A stretch of 64,000 nt of DNA from Mobula birostris. Lineage: Eukaryota. Positions 36,826 through 48,884 of the stretch are shown one piece after another. Where the stretch lies: NCBI RefSeq assembly GCF_030028105.1, contig NC_092372.1, forward strand, positions 69,878,034-69,942,033. The letters run 5' to 3'. Positions within the stretch are counted from its first letter, which is position 1, and each line of letters opens with the position of its first letter. The notes below the pieces were generated by a model, which saw only the letters and a list, made by a program, of their open reading frames with translations, had not been told where the DNA came from and searched no databases. Both the position numbers and the translations under genes were made by a program.

Positions 36826-36902
36826 CAGGGCTTCCTGACCTTTATGCCACGGACCAATGCCGTTAAGGAAGTGTTCTGTGGACCCCAGGTTGGGAACCCC
36901 TG
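36826..36902. mobile_element. 77-bp hAT MITE
   Basis: TIRs cagggcttcctgacc / ggttgggaacccctg; 8-bp TSD atctacag (36818-36825 and 36903-36910). Confidence 0.85.
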
Positions 36903-37927
36903 ATCTACAGCCACTAAACTGCTATGTCCACATGTTGCTGAAATTTTGTTCTAGAAGTCATTGAGAAATAACAGATCTTTTGAAACTGTTTATATAAGAA
37001 AAGATGCAAGAGTGGATAGTAGCAAAAGTGCTTGATGATTTCTGGTCATCTTAAAGGGCTGTGTGCACACTATCATTAACTATTCAAGCAGCACGGGTAC
37101 TAATGTGACATTTTTAAGGATAATTGCTAAATTTTGAAAATTGTAGCTTATTAAAATGACTAAATTATGGGTACATTAAATTTATTAGTATTTCTGCTTT
37201 TATTTTGAATGTTCAAGGCTCTAGATAAATTCTATGGATTCTTGCTGCCCTTTATGCTGAGCCAACATGGAACATATTAGTATGGAGAATGTCCACAGGG
37301 AAAATTGATTCTTTAAAAATTCCATTTGTTTCTTATAAATATTTTACTGGGTAAATAAAAAAACAAGCAAGAGTAGGTCATTCAGCCTTTGACCCTGCTC
37401 TACCATCCAGTTTTTCCCCACTCCCATAGCCTTTGATATAGTTGGCTTTTGAAAATTATCCTAAGTACAGTAAGTGACATGACCTAAATACTTCTGTGCT
37501 TGTAAATTCCACAGACTCGAGACCCTCAGTGAAGCATCTTGACTTATTGCTCAATATTTAAGGTTCTCATTGCCAAAAGGCATGATGGCACAGAATTGTT
37601 GACAGTTTGACATCGTTGCAGCTTTGTGATAGCGATGTTATATCCTCAAAGTCATCTTTACAAATCATTTGCTTGCAGATATTAGTTGCAGCAAAAAGTG
37701 TTTTGATGAATTTTGTGAGCTTTCAGTTTGCCATAGTGCACTTTAAAGCCAGTGAAACAGGGAATAAATTGGTGGGAAATGATCAATTGGAAATATTGAA
37801 TGTTGAATTTAATCTCATCGAACCTTGTAAATGTGACAATATAGAATACAGCTGTTCATTACAATTAGATGCCTCAAGTTGGGTATGGTTAAAAATTAGT
37901 CAAACATTTGTTTTTAACATTAGTTAA

Positions 37928-38080
<153 letters not shown>

Positions 38081-38129
38081 CACTTTATACTGGATAATCT
38101 ATAAAAACAATGGCTGTTAAAGCTGTTAA

Positions 38130-38135
38130 ATTAAA
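38130..38135 (+). terminator. RPL9: Probable RPL9 polyadenylation signal (ATTAAA)
   Basis: 50 nt after the exon 7b stop, with downstream ttgttgccgttttt. Confidence 0.6.
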
Positions 38136-38467
38136 TTCTAATGGCTGAGGATTGCCTTGTTGCCGTTTTTATTTGATGTTATTTTTGTGACAATGCACTT
38201 ATCCAGGGTTATGTTCTAGTCGGTATGATTTAAATAACTCTGGTACTAAAACCAGTTTAATCCCATTCTACCATCCTCCTGGCTTTAGTCTGGATTGGTG
38301 AGGAACCTTGACTGCTCAAACTACTTCCTCTGCCATTTTCCCTTTGCACACTCGATATTAATGCTCCCTTCCTGCTGCTCTTTCCAAGGAGGAATGACAT
38401 TGCAGATGATGCACAGGATTACATTACTAGCAGTATCTATTCCTAGGATCTTCAATTAATCTCATGA

Positions 38468-40480
38468 AACATAGAAGCAGAATTATGCCATTTGATCCAT
38501 TGAGTCTATCCTGCTATGCTATCATGGTTGATTTATTATTCCCCTCTTCTGTCTTCTCCCTGTAACCTTTGACACCCTTACTAATCAGAACCTATCAATT
38601 TCTGCTTTAAGTAAACCCAATGACTTGTCATCCTCAGCTGTCTGTGGAATGATTCCACAAACTCAAACCCCTCCCTCTCCCCCCCCCCCAGCTAAAGAAA
38701 TTCCTCCTCATCTCTGTTCTAAAGGGATGTCCCTGTACTTAGGCCTAAGGATGGCCAAGGCTGTGCCCTGGACTATTGATAATGAGATTCCTAGAGCCAA
38801 CAAACCCTCCTAATATGTTAACCCTTTTGTTCCTGAGATCATTCTCCTGAACCTGCTAAACCCTCTGCAATGCTGCATAAAATCTCAGTATTGCTTCCAT
38901 TCTTGTCCTCTCAATGAATGCTTAATGTTGCATTTGCCTTCCTTGCTAATTTAGTCAAGATATGACTAAAGGATCAAGGACAAACCCAGATAATGGCATT
39001 TGAATAGCTGCGTATACAGTTGTTCTTACCTATATTAGCAAAACTAATATTGGACAGAATTAATGTTACTGTGAATAGAGATTCAATTGGATGCAGAAGG
39101 AGTGAAGTGAATGCTGTTAACAGAAGCAAATGATACCCTTGTAAAGCGGTGGCTGCCCTGTAAAGATCTGCATTTAGCTGGAGAACATTATTTTGTGAAT
39201 GAAACAAAGGCAGCAAGTTGGGTAGCATCTGTGGAATCAAATGGAATTAGCCTTTCTGATCAAAACTTCTGAAATGTCTTCAAAATTAAGCATTTACTTT
39301 TTCCTTTCATGGATGCTGTTTGATCTTTCATCAAAACTGCAACTGACAGTTTGTCCTGAAATATTAGATTTGTCTTTCCTTCCATAGGTGTAACTTCAAA
39401 GTTTCCAGCATTTGTTTATTTCAGATTTACAGTGACTGCAGTTTTTTATTTTAAATTTAAATTGCCTGATTAATGAACTCAGAACAGTAACTAGGATATT
39501 TTTTAGAAACAAATATACAATATGCTAAACAGATTGTGCTTTGTTAGTGGAGAGAGAAAGATGCCTGATAATTATGATTGACCTGCAGTGGAACTGGCTT
39601 CTCATTTAAAAAAAATAAGTAACATTGGTTTACTTGAAGTTAGAAGGCTGCGATGTACCCAGGTGAAGGCTGTTCTCCAATGTGGAGGAGGTGACAACAT
39701 GGACAAAATTAACAGTGACTTCCCTGTAATGCCATGAGCTGTTAAACTTAGTATGCAGTCTCATGTATGGCACCTTGTCAAAGACCTTCTGAAAATCCAA
39801 ATATACAACATCCACTGCATCCCCCTTATCCTACTTGTATACTCAAAGAATTCCAATAGATTCATCAGGGAAGATTTTTTCTTAAGGAAATGGTGTTTTG
39901 TCTTGTCCTGTGTTATCAAGTATTCCATAACCTCATCCTTAACAACTAACTCCAACATCTTCCCAACCACTGAGGTGAGGTTAATTGGTCTATAATTTCC
40001 TTATGTAGTTTGCTTCCTTCCTTAAAGTGGAGTGACATTTGTGATTTTAAAGGCCTCCTGAACCAACCCAGAGTCCAGTGATTCTTGAAAGATCATTAAC
40101 TAATGCCTCCACTTTCTACCACTACCTCTTATGGGACCCTATCTGGTTTGGGTGATAGACGTACCTTTAGGTCTTAGGTCTTTCAGCTTTTTCATCATCT
40201 TCTCCCTTATAATAGTAACTGCACTCACTTCTCTTCCTTCATACCCTTCAACAACTGGCATACTGCTTGTGTCTTCCACAGTGAAGACTCGTGCAAAATG
40301 GTCATTTAGTTCATCAGCCATTTCCTTGTCCTCTGTTATCTCTGGCATTTTCTAGCAATCCTATATCCATTCTCATCTTTTTATATGCTTGGAAAAAGTT
40401 TTTTCTATCCACTTTGATATTGTTTGCTAATTTGCTTTCATATTTCAACTTCTCTCTTGTAATTATCATTTTCTGTAGGT
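38468..40480 (-). mobile_element. CR1 LINE fragments (about 38468-38950 and 39720-40480)
   Basis: MDVVYLDFQKVFDKVPY and KEMADELNDHFARVFTVED. Confidence 0.7.
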
Positions 40481-41703
40481 TTTTGTTGTATGCCCTCATT
40501 TGCTTGGGTTCCATTACCAACCTAATTTTCCGACTCTACCTTCATGTTAAAATCTGTGAATATCATTATATTGCCCCTTTTACAAGCCTTTTCTATTTCC
40601 CGTTGAAATCTGTAGTCCACATCCCAGCTACTGATTGCAGGTCTGTATATAACTGCCATCAGTGTCCTTTTATTCTTGCTTTCAAAAATGTCGTTATAAT
40701 TAGCCCTTTACTGGCCAGTAAAACAAGGCCAGCAATTCTCCAAGCCCAGGTAAGTGAATAACAGCTGTAGGAGCGAATCTCGGCCCTCAAGGTGAAGTTT
40801 CGGAAGTTACTTAATTGGATAAATCAGATGCCTTTTGCTTGTCGACTGATTATAGGTTCAATGCAGTTTAATATCCCATTCATTGCTAGCTGACTCGGAA
40901 TTCTCACCGTCTTACATAAAACGTAAAACCTGCGCGTTGTATTTGGGGCTGTGGGGAATTGAAATTAAGTTCTGTCTAGGATAAAAGCATCTTAAACCGT
41001 ATTTTGAAGAGAAACATCAGAGTATTCTATGATCGTTTACTTCGTGTGTAGATTCTGGCAGGTCACAATAATCTCCACATTTCTTTATTTTCTTCGTCTA
41101 TATTAAACAATTTAATCTTTATGATCAGTATGTGGACACAGTTGGCGCTTGTCCATTTCTGATAGAGTAGTATTAACCATCCCGAAACACTTCATCTTTA
41201 TTAGCCAGTGCACATTGCGCCAAAGATTGTCACGTGATTGGATGTTTTAAGTCTTCTTTGCTATGCGTGTCTGCTGAAAAATACATTTTTTTTTCCTCTT
41301 CAGATTCTGGCTGTGCAGTCCTAGCCAAACTTTTTTCCAAAATGAATGCATTGTAAATGCTTAGTGCACGTGATTCCAGATCTGAAAAGTTTGTAAATAA
41401 GTTACAAGGTAATGACATTTTATCAAAAGTCCTCGCTGAAACGCTCTAAAAATGCGCATAAAATACTCCACAAAATTTATCTCCTGTTCAGAAATCAGAA
41501 GCATCCAAAAACTGGAATGAGCTGATGGTGACGATTCATGGTCCTTCGTCTTTTCCACGTTGCCTTTAATTTTTGCAACGGTTCTTGCATTGGAAATACA
41601 GGGAGAAAATGGTTTCCAGCCAGCTAAAGCTATCCTTCCAGTCGTATGAACTGCAAAGCCAGGGGATACTTTCGTGAATTTGCAGGTTTAGGACTCCCAT
41701 GTT

Positions 41704-42023
41704 TTATTTTCTTCTGTGTACGATTATAATCGCAGCTAACAGCACAGTAATAAGCAGGAAACAGAATCCTAAAAATATAAATACTTTTTTCTCTCTTATA
41801 AACGTACAAACGGAGCATTGCACCGACCCGTCATGCTCGGTGGCGCATTGTTTGCCAGCTGATCCCAAGGGAAAGCCATTGGCACCGATGAGTTTGTGGT
41901 AAAATTCTAATGAAGTCTTTGGTTCAGAAGCATTGAGGGATTTCGAGGGATGCTTATTTGAATTCTTATCCTTTAGTTTCAAAGCAAAATATCCTTTGAC
42001 ATTAACTTGGTCAAGGAGATGCG
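41704..42023 (-). CDS. KLB: Beta-Klotho exon 5 (end of KL2, transmembrane helix, short tail)
   Basis: AHLLDQVNVKGYFALKL...SLEFYHKLIGANGFP...CSVCTF...FIFLGFCFLLITVLLAAIIIVHRRK*; acceptor ccacag, phase 1. Confidence 0.88.
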
Positions 42024-42652
42024 CTGTGGATTTTAAAAAAAGAATTTGTTTACTGGAGTAAAACAAGACACCCCCCGCCATTTCAAAACTATGTTTCTAT
42101 CCAATAGATAGTTTATTGACCAACCAGAAGAGCAACATGCTTTTCTAAACGTCCGCCCGAAATTAGACTAAATAGAGCGTGCAGCAGTAACAAAGGTTTG
42201 AAATGGCTACGGGATGCGTAAATAAAACTTCCCAGCCCACGCCAGGTTCAATATATTCTCCGAATTCGAGAGATAAAGGAACAAATCAAATATACTGTAG
42301 GGGTCGTTGTTGTTATTCATTATTTATACAAATGATTTGGATGCAAATACACAAGACCTGGCCAATAAGTTTTCGGGTGAAAGTAGGAGGCGCTGCTGAT
42401 AGTAAAGTAGGTACACGAGGTATCTTGATCGTCAGGAAGTGTGCCGAGTATTTCAATATAGACAAGTTTGGAAAGTCAAACCAACACAAGATTAGTATTA
42501 TGAATGGTGGGGCACTAGGGAGTATAATAGGGTACAGTTTTGGTTATCCTGTGATAAGAAAGATGTGGTTAAACTTAAAAGATTCCCAAGGATATTGCCA
42601 GGACTGAAAGGGCGGCGTTGGCCAGGCTACGTCTTTATTCCTCGGAACAGAG

Positions 42653-43469
42653 GTGCAGCCACCGCAAGGGCCCGGTGGGGAAGGACCACAGTATAGGTTT
42701 CTCCACCCGTGGGAGTGGGAGGGGTCGGTGGGCGGGGAGTATACCCCTCAACAATGAGATGCTAAGCTGAACTACTGGAGTGCCACGTAAATTTTACTGA
42801 GTATAATGGAAACGTATGTAAAGGAGGAAAGTTATTGAATGGTTTATTGTATATATTTATTTTTGAATAAAGTATATTTTGAAATAAAAAAAAAGAGGTG
42901 CAGTCACCGAACTGGCAGTGCACACTGCCACTTCGCAAAGAGGATGTGGAGGAGGATGGACGGGCTAGTGTCACGTTTTATCCCCAGCAGCTGCGTAACA
43001 GAGGACTCTCTGATCTACGGGCTGTTCCCGGGGACGCACACGGAGACCAACATCCAGTGCTGCTGGCAGATCATCAACTCGGTGAAAGACACTCTTTGGT
43101 CGGCCCGAAACTTGATGATCTACCAGCACATGGAGATGTCCGTGGGAGAATGCTGCCGACTGGCACATTCTCGGCTGCAGGAGTACGTGCTGAGGGACGC
43201 ACTGAAACTCGGTGCAGCCACCGCAAGGGCCTGGTGGGGAAGGACCACAGTATAGGTTTCTCCACCCGTGGGAGTGGGAGGGGTCGGGGGGCGGGGAGTA
43301 TACCCCTCAACAATGATATGCTAAGCTGAACTACTGGAGTGCCACGTGGGTGGCTATAAATACGGATATGTACTGAGTATAATGGAAACGTATGTAAAGG
43401 ATGAAAAGTTATTGAATGGTTTATTGTATATATTTATTTTTGAATAAAGTATATTTTGAAATAAAAAAA
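42653..43469 (+). mobile_element. Two adjacent Tx1/L1-like LINE 3' ends (42653-42894 and about 42896-43469) inside a CR1 relic
   Basis: CHFAKRMW...LIYGLFPG...CCWQIINSVKDTLWSARN; both end in aataaagtatattttgaaat plus a poly(A) tail. Confidence 0.8.
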
Positions 43470-43824
43470 GGGGAGAATGAAGGGCGACCTTGTAGAAATG
43501 TTTCAAATTATGAGAGGTATCGGTAGATTGGATGGTAAGTATTTTCCCTAAAACTACACGGCATAGATTTACAGTGAGGGAAAAGGTTTAAGAGGGATCA
43601 GAGGGGTAACTTTTTCATACCAGCGTGCTAAATGCCTTTTCCCACCACTCCGCTTTCAACGAATTATGCACATGCCCCTATGTTCCTTTAGACTCCCTAG
43701 TGCCCTGTATTCATAGTACAATTGGCATCACCCCACACTCATTTATAATTGAAATTCACTTGCCACTCATCGGCCCACTTTCAAGATCAAGGTTATAACT
43801 TTGTTCCTATTTATTATGACTCAC

Positions 43825-45004
43825 CTTTCAATACTTCATTAATATAATGCTTATGGTAATATATTCGAAGGTCATCACTGACGGCGGCATTGTCCCAAAC
43901 TCCGTTTGCCGTGATAAAAATGTCCAAATTTCCATAGCGAGATTTGATCCATTTCAAAACCTTACGTATCCCCGCCGGTGAGACCGCCATCTCGGAATGA
44001 TTTTGGCGGCGGGAGGGGAAAGGAAAGGACGAATGGAGAGGGGCTGGAAATGTCGGCAAAGTTACATCTCTCAATAAGCTCCCATCGTGATCCATTTCAT
44101 GCCTGGTGCCAAAGTTCGGCTTGTGTAAAACCAATCTTGTGGTAAAATGGCTCATAGCAAAAAAATCTGCACTTCCCCTAATCATCTGTTTTTCTTCGTC
44201 GGTGAAACGTGGCAAACGTGATCGCGTGAGATCTTTTCTGTTTTTCGCCAGGATATAATTTCTCATTGTAAGTGGGTAGTCACCAGTTTTAAAAATGGGG
44301 TCGGCAAACCAGGCTATCTGGAACTGCAGTAGTCTCTCGGCAGCTTGTCGGTGCGATTCAAGGAAAGGGTTTGCTGGCTCCGTCCAGTCAGCGCGCAGTG
44401 TCAGAGACACGAGGCCAAGATACTTATCCTTGTAGTCCCTGTTGTACGTGTTCCAGGCCAGGGCGTGAGCGATGAGCATGTTGTGAGCTGCCTTGTAAGT
44501 ATCGTAGCTTCTCTGAACATTTATATTCGGTTCATTCATTGTGAGCCACACTTTAACCAAATCACCGAATTCTTGAAAGCATAACTTTGCATAATCGTTG
44601 AAAGCCATAGCTGTCCGTTTATTCAGCCACCCTCCCTCACTCAGCAGCGGTTCGGGTACATCAACATCACGGTAGGTCGGATGATACAATGTGACGGTGC
44701 ACGCAATATTCAGTTTTAAGAGTTCACTAATGATACAGCGGTAGTAACTCAGAATGCTCCTGTTTACACTGGACAAGTCACCGCGAGGTAATATCTGGGA
44801 CCACTTGAAGGCGAAACTGTATTGAGTCACATTCATCCTCCTCACCAGCGCCACGTGCCGTTTGAAGTTGCTGAAGTCAGTGCATTGAACTGGACGGGGC
44901 CACATGGTCACTCCAGCGACTTTGTAAAGCTTCTGATCTCCACTGCAGTTCCAAATGTAAAGGTTGCGATCAACAAACTCGAGAGAAAAGCTCGCTTTAT
45001 TCAC
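43825..45004 (-). CDS. KLB: Beta-Klotho exon 4 (KL2 GH1-like domain)
   Basis: QCTDF, FQEFGDLVKVWLTMNEP, AAHNMLIAHALAW, ITANG (nucleophile Glu replaced, a Klotho hallmark); ggcag acceptor and gtgagt donor; 1180 bp. Confidence 0.93.
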
Positions 45005-45182
45005 CTGCCACCACAAAAATGAGATAACAGTAAACAAGAAGCCGGAACTTCGTCAATTTAACGTTCCAACTCCAACAGAGGACTAATATGCCGACTTCAA
45101 CATACCCCCCGGGAAAGGTTCAGTGAAGGCAAATTGACGTTTGAACCAGACGACCCTAATTCCAAGATTAAACTCTACTTAC

Positions 45183-45451
45183 CGGCAGCGCCGTGTCCGC
45201 AATTCCCCAGGAGAAGTCACACGGGAACTGTCCATTTACGCTGCGGCTAACCTCATTCTCCGGGAATCCATTCTGTTCTATAATTTGTTTATAGAACTGA
45301 GCGGAAGATTTCGCAATCCTGGATTTGTTTTTGCTGCTGAAATCCACATAGAACAATCCCCGTGCCACGGTGTAGCCGAGCTGCCATTCAAAGCCATCCA
45401 GGAGAGACCAGGCGGTATATCCAAACACGTTGACTCCATCAAAGCGGATCG
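45183..45451 (-). CDS. KLB: Beta-Klotho exon 3
   Basis: [38 protein letters not shown]...[13 protein letters not shown]; 269 bp; AG/GT boundaries. Confidence 0.95.
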
Positions 45452-45564
45452 CTAACCGGAATAAAAACACATTCAATTAATGACCAAAGAGAACTGGGAA
45501 ATTACTATGGGTTCATTTACGAGTCTTCTTTATTACATTATTATTAGTTTAATTTCATTTAACC

Positions 45565-46150
45565 GAGTTATTATTTCAGAGAATCTGTCCTGGGTACAGC
45601 AGGTAAGTGTCATTATGAAGAAAGCACGAAGCACCTCTACTTTCTTAGAAATTTGCGAAGATTCGGTACGTAATCTGAAATTTTGACAAACTTCCTTAGA
45701 TATGAGGTGGAGAGTATACTGATTAGTTGCATCACGGCCTGGTATGGAATCATCAACGCTCTTGAACAAAAAGTGATGGGCACAGCCCAGTCCATCCCAG
45801 GTAAAGCCCTCCCTACCATTGAGCACATCTGTGCGGGAAAGCAGCATCCATCATTAGGGGCCCCCGCGACAGGTCATGCTCTCTTCTCACTGCTGCCGTT
45901 AGGAAGAAGGTACAGGATCCCCAGGACCCACACTACCAAGTTCAGGAACAGTTATTACCCCTCAACCATCAAGCTCTTGAACCAGACGGGATAACTTAGC
46001 TTCATTCGCCCCATCATTGAATTGTTCCCACAACCTGCGGACTCACTTTCAATGAGTCTACGATTAATTTTCTCAATCTTTATTGGTTATTGTTATTATT
46101 TTGTTGTTCTTCCTCTCGTTTTGTATTTGTACGGTTTGCCATCTTTTGCA
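45565..46150 (+). mobile_element. Rex1/Babar LINE 3' fragment
   Basis: VESILISCITAWYG...HALFSLLPLGRRYR...FRNSYYPSTIKLLN. Confidence 0.8.
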
Positions 46151-46159
46151 CATTAATGG

Positions 46160-47045
46160 GAAGTTAACAGATAGAGGATGCAATTGAGGAGTAGGCAGAA
46201 GAATGGGTGATATTGAAAGATGGAGGTGGTTGATAATGAGAGGCCACAGTGCATGATAGAGATAGAGCAAGTGAGAAGGAAGGAAGAGCGGGTGTTAGTG
46301 AGGGGTAGAGAGGCTGGGAGTGAGGGTTGTGTGGGTGGAGTGGGGAGGGAACAGGAGTCTGGGTGAATAGGTGATAGTGTGAGGGTAGAGGATGACTTTG
46401 GGAAAAGTGTAATGTGGTAACAATGAGGGAGAAAAGTGATAATGAAAAGGGCAGCTGTTAGAGTAGTGGAAATGTGGAGAGTGTGATGGGGAGAGTTAGT
46501 GGTTGGTTAAAAGGGAGGTAAGTAATAGGAGGACTGAGTGAATGTGAGAGGGCGGAGTGAGTAACTAGTGAAAATATGGGCTGTTTAGTCATGGGATTGT
46601 TGATAAGAGTGAGAGTGGACGCTTATGAAAGGGGGAGCAGGTGATAAAAGAGGGCGGGGGAACATTGAGACTGGGAAGTGGGTGATAGTGCAGGAGGAGT
46701 GAACGGGTAAAACTGAGAGTGTGTTTTGAGTGATAATAAATGGGTGGTAATGAAAGAAAGGGATAGGTAGTCAGGGCAAATGGTGAAAGAATAGGCAGAG
46801 GGTGAATGTATCAGATTAGAATGGTCAATGAATGAATGTGTTGGTGTTGTATAAGACCAGGCAATGAGAGAATGAGAAGGAGTTGTGTGTGGTAAGTGGG
46901 AGAGGGGGAATGAAGTAGTGGGAGGGTAACAGAAATTGAGAGAAAATGAAGAAAAAAGGAAAAAAGCAAACAGATAACGATGAAAGGAGAGGTAACTGGA
47001 TGGCAACAGAATAAAGAAGGAAATTAACTGTTATTGAGGAATAGG
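46160..47045. repeat. Purine (G/A)-rich low-complexity tract
   Basis: About 0.9 kb strongly depleted of C on the plus strand; no clear period. Confidence 0.7.
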
Positions 47046-47762
47046 ATATTTGAGTAAATTTCTATTGCCCAATGCTTATTTCTTCACACAGAACAGCCTT
47101 AGGGAAAACAAACTAGAGCCAGATGCGCCAAGTTACAGCCCAGGCAGTGAACTTCTGATAGACCTGAGGTTGACTGAACATCTTCCTCCCTGAAACATGG
47201 TCTACCGTGTCGGAGATACAAGGGCTTTTAGTTGGGAATCCCCACAATGTACATTTCCTCAATAAGTTCATTCTCAACCAGATCAAAATGATAGAAGTGG
47301 TCCTGCTAGAAATTCTTTAGGCCAGCCCTAACATCTCCCTGATTGCTGATACAAGGGTGTTAGTGACAGAAGAATATAAGGGTGTAAGAAATAGGAGCAG
47401 TATTTGGCCCATGAAGCCTGCCCCATTCATTGAGAGTATGTTTGCTATAGTAGCTCTGCACCACTTTATTGTACTTATTCCATATCTCATGATTCCTTGG
47501 GTCCTGAGACTATGCAGTGCCGATGAGCTAACTGCTTTTCAGTAACCTACCTCAATAATGCAGCAGAATTGCCGGCTTTAGTCACTGGCTTCCATTCTAC
47601 TGCAAATCCACTGCTAAATCTTAAGACTCCTTGTTGCCATTCTCGGAAGGCAATCCCCACAGCAGCTGCCCATGTGCGTCTCCTTTGCTTTTAATAAATC
47701 TATAAAATATTGCCTTGGTTATCAATCAAGATAGAAGTAACAAGAACATGGTAGTCACTCAC

Positions 47763-48267
47763 CTTTTAATAGCTCCTTTATAAACTTTTTCATAAGGTAA
47801 ATAGCAACCGTGTCTTCTGTTTTAACACTATTATCAGAAAACCATCCATTCTCTGCAATAAGAATCTTGGGGTTATTGTATTCCATTTTTATCCAGTTCA
47901 AGACTTGTCCAAGGTGGAGCGATAAATGATCTCCATGTTTGAGAGTATCTTCCAGGAATCGGAAGTTATTTGGCCCAAAGGAGAATGCAAAGAAATCGGC
48001 TGTTCCATTGATGAGGCACTTTTCTTTTTCGGTGAACTTAGGCAGAGAAGGATTGGTTTGTCTTTTCAAGCTCTCAGGATAGTCACCGTCTACAAAGATT
48101 GGTTTGGCAAACCACCCAAGCATTATGTCCATAGACTGCTGGAATTTTTTGTAGTTATAGTTTTCACTCTTTGGTTTAATCCAATGAGAGCCCAAAACTA
48201 TGGACACAAAACCTCTCTGTGATTTGCGAAATTCCTTCTCATAAGTGTGCCAGGTGTTTGCATGTGC
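47763..48267 (-). CDS. KLB: Beta-Klotho exon 2
   Basis: AHANTWHTY...VSIVLGSHWIKP...GWFAKPIFVDGDYP...FSFGPNNF...ILIAENGWF; 505 bp; AG/GT boundaries. Confidence 0.95.
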
Positions 48268-48884
48268 CTGCAAGAAGGTGACAATGGATTACAAAACTCT
48301 TTAGTAGATTCAAAGGCTCACCTAAGCTTATTCATTGTTTTACAAATACATGTCATGGAGTAAATATGGAAGAATAGAGGGGATTATCTAAAAGGCACTA
48401 GAAATGTGAGGCATTAAATTCTCCACTCTCAGTACTCTCTGAACACGATTCACTAACAAACTGAATCCCACTTCTTTTTACGTTCATATAAAATCAGCAA
48501 AAGGCAGAGCACTGAGGTTCTCTTTTCACTGTGTCCCCAGTTTGTACTTGAGGGCTTACTTGCTTCTGGGCCAGATGGTTGTTATATTTTTATGAAGAAG
48601 ATTGGAAGATTTTTAGAGTTGGCTTAACCGTCTTCCCAGCTTTCAGTGACAGACAACCCAAAATATTCCTTTTATATAAGTGCAATTTCCAGGAAATGAA
48701 CAATTAGCAGTCATACCAAGCCAGAAACATAATATAAAATGGGAAGCCTACTGAGATAGTTTCTCTTGTTTAATATCCATTTTCACTTATTTCCTTACTG
48801 TTTGCTCCTCTTAATTTTAGAATCTACCTATTGTTGAGAACTCTATTTGTTAAATTTATTCTGAAGTTATGAAATTATATGGAT

